From positions 587 to 64,586 of the forward strand of contig JAOMTZ010000008.1 of the NCBI GenBank assembly GCA_028356125.1: a DNA stretch of 64,000 bases, in the 5' to 3' direction. The translations under genes were made by a program, and so were the position numbers. The notes beneath the pieces were generated by a model. It worked only from the letters and a program-made list of their open reading frames with translations. It did no database searches and had not been told where the DNA came from. Shown one piece after another: positions 60,301 through 64,000 of the stretch (position 1 is the stretch's first letter; each line of letters starts with the position of its first letter). This DNA is from Candidatus Poseidoniaceae archaeon (lineage in GTDB: Archaea; Thermoplasmatota; Poseidoniia; Poseidoniales; Poseidoniaceae).

Positions 60301-62036
60301 ATGGAATAAACCCTGTTAAAGAATGGGTAGTTCCAGTTGAATTGTATAACGAAGTACCAATTTCTTCTTTCGAGGTTAGCCGTGAAGGTAATTTATCTGA
60401 AGATGAGATTACTCTGTTAAGTACGACTGTAGACCCTGAAGGAGACGAAGTCACCTATCTTTGGGAAAGTTCTCTAGATGGTATAATCTCGAATCAAAGT
60501 ACTTGGCAAGGCCACCTCTCAAGGGGCGCCCATGTAATCACCTTGAGTGTTAATGACGGAAGGATGGAACACATCAATTCAACATCTCAGAACTCGACTA
60601 TTCTTACAGTAGAAAATAGCCCTCCTAAAGCAGTTATATCATCGCCCCAAGCCGGCACTAGTCACGATTCTAGCCACTTATTCGAGTTCAATGCTTCTGG
60701 TTCAGGAGATTGGGATAGTGCTTGTAGCACATTCCCTGACAATATATCGTGGCATTGTGCTGAAAATGAACCAGCAACTGGTTCAGAATATCTGATTTAT
60801 TCTTGGTATTCTGACATCGATGGTCTTCTTCAAGAGGATGGCTCTGATTGGTTAATTTTCGAAGGTCACTTGTCTAGTGGAACGCATACAATCACCTTGA
60901 TGATGGATGATGGGATTCACTCTCCTGTGACCAGCAACGTGATTGTTGAAGTCGCACCTTCTGCTCCGGTTCTCATCATTACAAGTCCTGATTTATCATA
61001 TGGGTACAATTCTAGTGATTTGATCGAACTTGACATCCGTCAAAGCATGGATTATGACGGTGATAATTTTACATTCAGTTTGGAAAGCGATGTTTCTGGT
61101 ATTATCCTTACAGATGAAAGTCCATTAGAATTATACATTATTACTTTAGCTTCAGGTGAACACATACTGACATTCACATTGGTTGACGAAACAGGTTTGT
61201 CTAGGGATGAGATAGTCAATTTACTGGTGGTTGAATCCGACCCAGATGCCGTAATCTATGAGCCAGTTAACAACCAGTATTACGAACCCGGGGAATTAGT
61301 TATGTTTGACTCGAACGGGACAAGCGATGCTGATGATGACATTACTAGACGAGAATGGCGTTTGCACGTAGCAGGTGAAATATACCCGGTTGTACTGTCG
61401 AACGATGCTTTCTATTCTACGAAATTAGCACCAGGGGTGCATCATATTTCGCTTTTCATTGAGGACCGGAGAGGCGGAATTGATGAACAACATCTCAACA
61501 TAACAGTTGCATCTAGCAGCCCAGACCTTTCTAATTTGACAGCTACACCGAAGACCGCAACGGTTGATGAACTCACTAAGATTTCAGTTCGAGTCAAATT
61601 AGATGACCCGGATGGTACAACTCAATTGCTTAATGCAACAATTATCAAAGAGCCTCAAATTTGGTACTTCAATTTGACAGATGATGACGGTGACGGCATT
61701 TGGACAGGAGAAGTCGAAATACTACCGGAAGGCGATGGTAAAGCTCAGGTAAAAGTAACTGCATTCGATGATGAAAGCATAGACTACATCAGTATCAATA
61801 TTGAATTTACAGAAGAAGAAAAAGATAACACTTCGCTGTATGTTGCAGGTGCTTCAATAGGAGGATTCCTTCTTCTATCATCGGTTGTGGCTTTAGTAGT
61901 GATACGAAGGAGAAAGCGTCTAGCAGACATAGATCTCATAGATTCATGGGGAGTATTTGGCGGCGAGTCCAAAGAATACTTAGAAGGTGATTTGGACGAA
62001 AGCCTAGTTGATAATTCTGCTGAAAACGTTGAATAA
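57387..62036 (+). CDS. Giant (1549 aa) surface protein with a right-handed parallel beta-helix region, multiple PKD/Ig-like domains, a C-terminal TM helix, and a short acidic tail
   Basis: Signal-like SAVGLLIIFCLSS. The first ~600 aa carry periodic G-x-x-I/V...N repeats typical of PbH1/NosD-like beta-helices. PKD-like units follow (FNASASWDLDDDELTFAWTSDLDG and similar). TM helix SIGGFLLLSSVVALVVIRRRKR. GAGGGGG lies 8 nt upstream of ATG 57387. Confidence 0.9.
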   Translation: MHRGCRGNMMSKKSVSAVGLLIIFCLSSQSPIFLSVDEISETSGRAQTTWSGEVVLNNHHTVSVTDELIISACTNVTMSNGVRIFVEGRITVEGTSNCPVYFDYAGGGDHMGIQFNSTSNGRGSRIDNASIIHSTYGLTIYGSDPYLANVTIWNADDVAVDMFNSATPTIRDMVIDEAGQDWNFPTYWRYGIGLSIGAGSAPNIDGLTITDAVTRGVNLWGNSGGLLRNITISNITGATLAEAAGIWVEDSVPLLEGVSVNRSDHGAIIRHIDDGITTRAVIRDLDIRNSMYKALIIDKEDHTNYTNYQSAIIEGLEISGTGGPDAKTSGLATATIEINATGAWIEDAHLEDNDAVGVQLYFVDSSTIFTNLSINNTGGSGSGADGAGISIRSSYFAAKFDGLEVSNSTGPGVFALNGGAIQGNDWNLHDNGQEGFYLESAATIVDGLTLDNNGNSGVHIDDARYVYLSNLSSSNNADAGLEFNRANDIESGSGDVSCVSCVSIGNNRGVVITDSVDIYLEDLQIHDPLTGPAISIDNSGLNIGSQGGLFHLHDVEAWVNNSGPGIDIVAAEGVIDGLDIFGTHGGLIWDADHNVERVSVLSNANFSGSGCLNLSNHDQLSGSGNTITSSCTGELTFTNVELNWTKFSDLGSHVLNLDTDSHLHLHQPTNIGYSSANIAGNGWIEEAWDVEVWVVNNYSNGIPNAAVHLGFDQLENSISESTNNIGTVTFSDLRGKKYTSVGQSPYTTVTIDCSYDSVSNSTSISLSEDRMVWCQLPLSNQAPFIIWDTPSDQNVYPSQGDILFNASASWDLDDDELTFAWTSDLDGDILASCTGQGNPFNPNRGFAFSVNSDGVWGCTLSDGVHDITLEICDDKGNCVDETRTIELSNQDPIIVVNTDPSLSPWGELKTPITKPVEFWLNGTYDPENDTLDCSWSWPGNNVQLGDCVNGTGYLSFANMNDMTFDLTLSVSDGINPVKEWVVPVELYNEVPISSFEVSREGNLSEDEITLLSTTVDPEGDEVTYLWESSLDGIISNQSTWQGHLSRGAHVITLSVNDGRMEHINSTSQNSTILTVENSPPKAVISSPQAGTSHDSSHLFEFNASGSGDWDSACSTFPDNISWHCAENEPATGSEYLIYSWYSDIDGLLQEDGSDWLIFEGHLSSGTHTITLMMDDGIHSPVTSNVIVEVAPSAPVLIITSPDLSYGYNSSDLIELDIRQSMDYDGDNFTFSLESDVSGIILTDESPLELYIITLASGEHILTFTLVDETGLSRDEIVNLLVVESDPDAVIYEPVNNQYYEPGELVMFDSNGTSDADDDITRREWRLHVAGEIYPVVLSNDAFYSTKLAPGVHHISLFIEDRRGGIDEQHLNITVASSSPDLSNLTATPKTATVDELTKISVRVKLDDPDGTTQLLNATIIKEPQIWYFNLTDDDGDGIWTGEVEILPEGDGKAQVKVTAFDDESIDYISINIEFTEEEKDNTSLYVAGASIGGFLLLSSVVALVVIRRRKRLADIDLIDSWGVFGGESKEYLEGDLDESLVDNSAENVE

Positions 62037-62090
62037 TCCCATTTTTCCGCAGCCCATACCTTGATTACCCAGTTATCATAAGGTTTAGAC

Positions 62091-64000
62091 ATGAGGAATC
62101 GTTTCTCGAGAATGAATGCCGTTTTGCTGACCGTACTTTTGTGTGCATCTGTTTTGCCACAAGGAGTCGCTGCAGAAGATGCTACAACTGAACATTTCGC
62201 GTTTGGAATGGAATATGATTGGACCAACATGGACACAGACTTTGAGTCTATGACTGGCTTGCCGCTTGATGAAATCCTAGCAGATGTCATGCAGTCTGCA
62301 GATGATGCAGGAATGGAAATGCTCATCCTAGAAGAAATCACAGGTACTTCTTCAATGATTGTCGACCAATATGAAGATGGAACAATGATGTTTGATGCTA
62401 CAGATGGATCTTCGGTTGAAGTAACAAAGCACATTACTGAATTGACAGTTCGCCATGGCTCACTTACAGATATGGCAATTATCACTGAATGGTCAGATGC
62501 TCGTGCAGGTTGGGATTTAACAATCTCAGCTGGCTCTGAAGGTATATTCAACGTCGATGCTTACTATATCGAGTACCGTGATATCGATGGACTAATCTAT
62601 GGCCATGATATCGATATGTCTCTAAACTCTGACACTAAAGTAACTTTTGATTTAGAAGGGCACTTCGAAGCCGATGATGGCGACAAAGTCATGCCTCTTG
62701 ATATCCATATGGAAATGGGTGTCGCTTACGGAGTAACCGAAGCAGAAAGTTCGGTTATCTACTCTGAACCAAGCACAATTTATCAGGAACTTTCTAACCT
62801 TGAGGGTGGGGAAGAATTGTGGTGGTCAATTGGAGACTTAGACGACGATGACGATTACATTTCGTGGAATGAGTACGATGCATCAGAATGGACATGCGAA
62901 TGGACAGAAGGAAACAGGTACATGTGTGATAATGGCGATTGGGGTGACATGTACGACTACTGTGAATACTATTCTCAATTCGAAACATACTATTGTACTG
63001 AGGATTTCGGTCACAAATCTGATTATGAAAATTCACTTGGATGGACTCATTACTATGATGGAACAAGTCCAGAAGATGGCTCCTCTGACGAAGTTGAATC
63101 CCACACAGGTTCTTTCTCAACATCTACCGGGTTCAACTTTGAACTGACAGGTTTACCTGCTGAAGAAATGGGATTCCCACAAGGTAAGTGGGATGTTTCA
63201 GCAAGTGATTCCACAACAGATGCTGGTGGATTCAATGAGGATTACGATTGTGAAATGGGAATTGAATTGTTCGAAGGAACTCAAATGATTACTACCGATG
63301 GTGACCAAATCGAAGTTATGCAAGCATATACTTCTCCTCTTCCTTGGGGAATGACATGCCACGTTGCCAATCTATTCTACTACGCATTCATGGGAACTGA
63401 AGATGCTGCAACTCTTGAAGATATGATTGTAGACAGCACAGAAGAGATTGCAGAAAGCCTGGAAGGAAATGGCGACGATTATGAGTCAAGCGACATGATG
63501 TCCATGGAAATGAGAGTCTATTCCCAAGAAGAAATAGAACTCCAATTAGAGGTATGGGATCTGGATTATAACAACAATTACGAAGTAAACATGGTACTGG
63601 TTGACTCAGATGGAATTACTCAAGACACAGGCTCCTACGTAATCTCAAACAGTGGGTATGACTGGGACAGTACGGAGATGTCTACTAGTTCATGGGGTGA
63701 ACACTGTGTTACTACACAACTGAAAGATATCACAAATAACCAAATCGTCGATACTGTTGAAACATGTACTGAAGTTGCTCAAGAAGCAGAGCCTAGTCAA
63801 CTTGTAGAAGATATTGTTGAGGGATTCTCTGAATCTACACTAGAAAATGTGTTAGAGAACTTTGGTGAAAATTTGGAATACAGGCTTGATGGTTACGAAG
63901 CCGACTTCCCATATGATGATGGAGATATGTTCGTACTTTGGGACAACACCAACAATATGGTAGTTGGATTCCAAATGGTTGTCACATCTGATGATAGCAA
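62091..64000 (+). CDS. 5' part (more than 636 codons) of a secreted, extremely acidic protein; the ORF runs off the window end and is absent from the track
   Basis: I translated the frame from ATG 62091 to 64000 and found no stop. The N-terminus MRNRFSRMNAVLLTVLLCASVLPQGVAA is signal-like. AGGT lies 7 nt upstream, and an oligo-T (62043-62047) follows the previous gene. Confidence 0.75.
   Translation, partial: MRNRFSRMNAVLLTVLLCASVLPQGVAAEDATTEHFAFGMEYDWTNMDTDFESMTGLPLDEILADVMQSADDAGMEMLILEEITGTSSMIVDQYEDGTMMFDATDGSSVEVTKHITELTVRHGSLTDMAIITEWSDARAGWDLTISAGSEGIFNVDAYYIEYRDIDGLIYGHDIDMSLNSDTKVTFDLEGHFEADDGDKVMPLDIHMEMGVAYGVTEAESSVIYSEPSTIYQELSNLEGGEELWWSIGDLDDDDDYISWNEYDASEWTCEWTEGNRYMCDNGDWGDMYDYCEYYSQFETYYCTEDFGHKSDYENSLGWTHYYDGTSPEDGSSDEVESHTGSFSTSTGFNFELTGLPAEEMGFPQGKWDVSASDSTTDAGGFNEDYDCEMGIELFEGTQMITTDGDQIEVMQAYTSPLPWGMTCHVANLFYYAFMGTEDAATLEDMIVDSTEEIAESLEGNGDDYESSDMMSMEMRVYSQEEIELQLEVWDLDYNNNYEVNMVLVDSDGITQDTGSYVISNSGYDWDSTEMSTSSWGEHCVTTQLKDITNNQIVDTVETCTEVAQEAEPSQLVEDIVEGFSESTLENVLENFGENLEYRLDGYEADFPYDDGDMFVLWDNTNNMVVGFQMVVTSDDS

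Noticed and set aside
61784-62551. A 255-aa minus-strand ORF spanning the end of the giant gene and the start of the next
   Set aside because: It is antisense to two long plus-strand ORFs that have signal peptides and domain structure. It also crosses their intergenic oligo-T region.
1-64000. A search for CRISPR arrays, tRNA/rRNA genes, integrases, transposases, or prophage hallmarks
   Set aside because: I saw no regularly spaced direct repeats outside coding repeats and no tRNA-like cloverleaf in any gap over 80 bp. The GGGTTCGTCATC near 7100 lacks complementary arms. No recombinase-like ORFs are present. This was a visual scan only; tRNAscan-SE or Infernal would be decisive.

Overview
This is a gene-dense archaeal chromosomal segment, roughly 90% coding by eye, with many 1-20 nt overlaps between neighbouring genes. 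The archaeal assignment rests on aIF-1A, Rio1 kinase, a Dim2/Pno1-like KH protein, archaeal-type ribosomal protein S2, the wyosine enzymes Taw1 and Taw2, and an AbrB-PhoU regulator. Acidic proteins, a beta-oxidation enzyme, a secreted S15 peptidase and giant adhesin-like surface proteins suggest a planktonic Thermoplasmatota (Marine Group II/III-like) lineage; this is inference only. I support 56 protein-coding genes. Two are missing from the supplied ORF track: an open-ended ORF at 62091->64000 and a 59-aa ORF at 41719-41898. I recognised no rRNA, tRNA, CRISPR array, integrase or transposase. About 29% of the window (my addition of gene lengths) encodes six very large type-I-anchored surface proteins with CARDB-like, thrombospondin-type-3-like, parallel beta-helix and PKD-like modules. 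Candidates most worth follow-up: (1) a Cas4-family nuclease interrupted by a four-helix membrane insert with no CRISPR context (7791-8954); (2) a wHTH gene, three translationally coupled mini-proteins and a membrane protein (40840-42722); (3) an MscS channel followed by a eukaryote-type phospholipid scramblase homologue (15348-17390); (4) an ABC system with two different ATPases, one zinc-ribbon tailed, around a fused double-FtsX permease (27580-32694); (5) zinc-ribbon and WW-like Trp-rich cytoplasmic tails on surface proteins; (6) a Nob1-like PIN domain fused to a large helical protein (32748-34640); (7) a eukaryote-like acidic C-terminal tail on aIF-1A. All functional calls come from motifs I recognised by eye. 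No database search or structure prediction was run.
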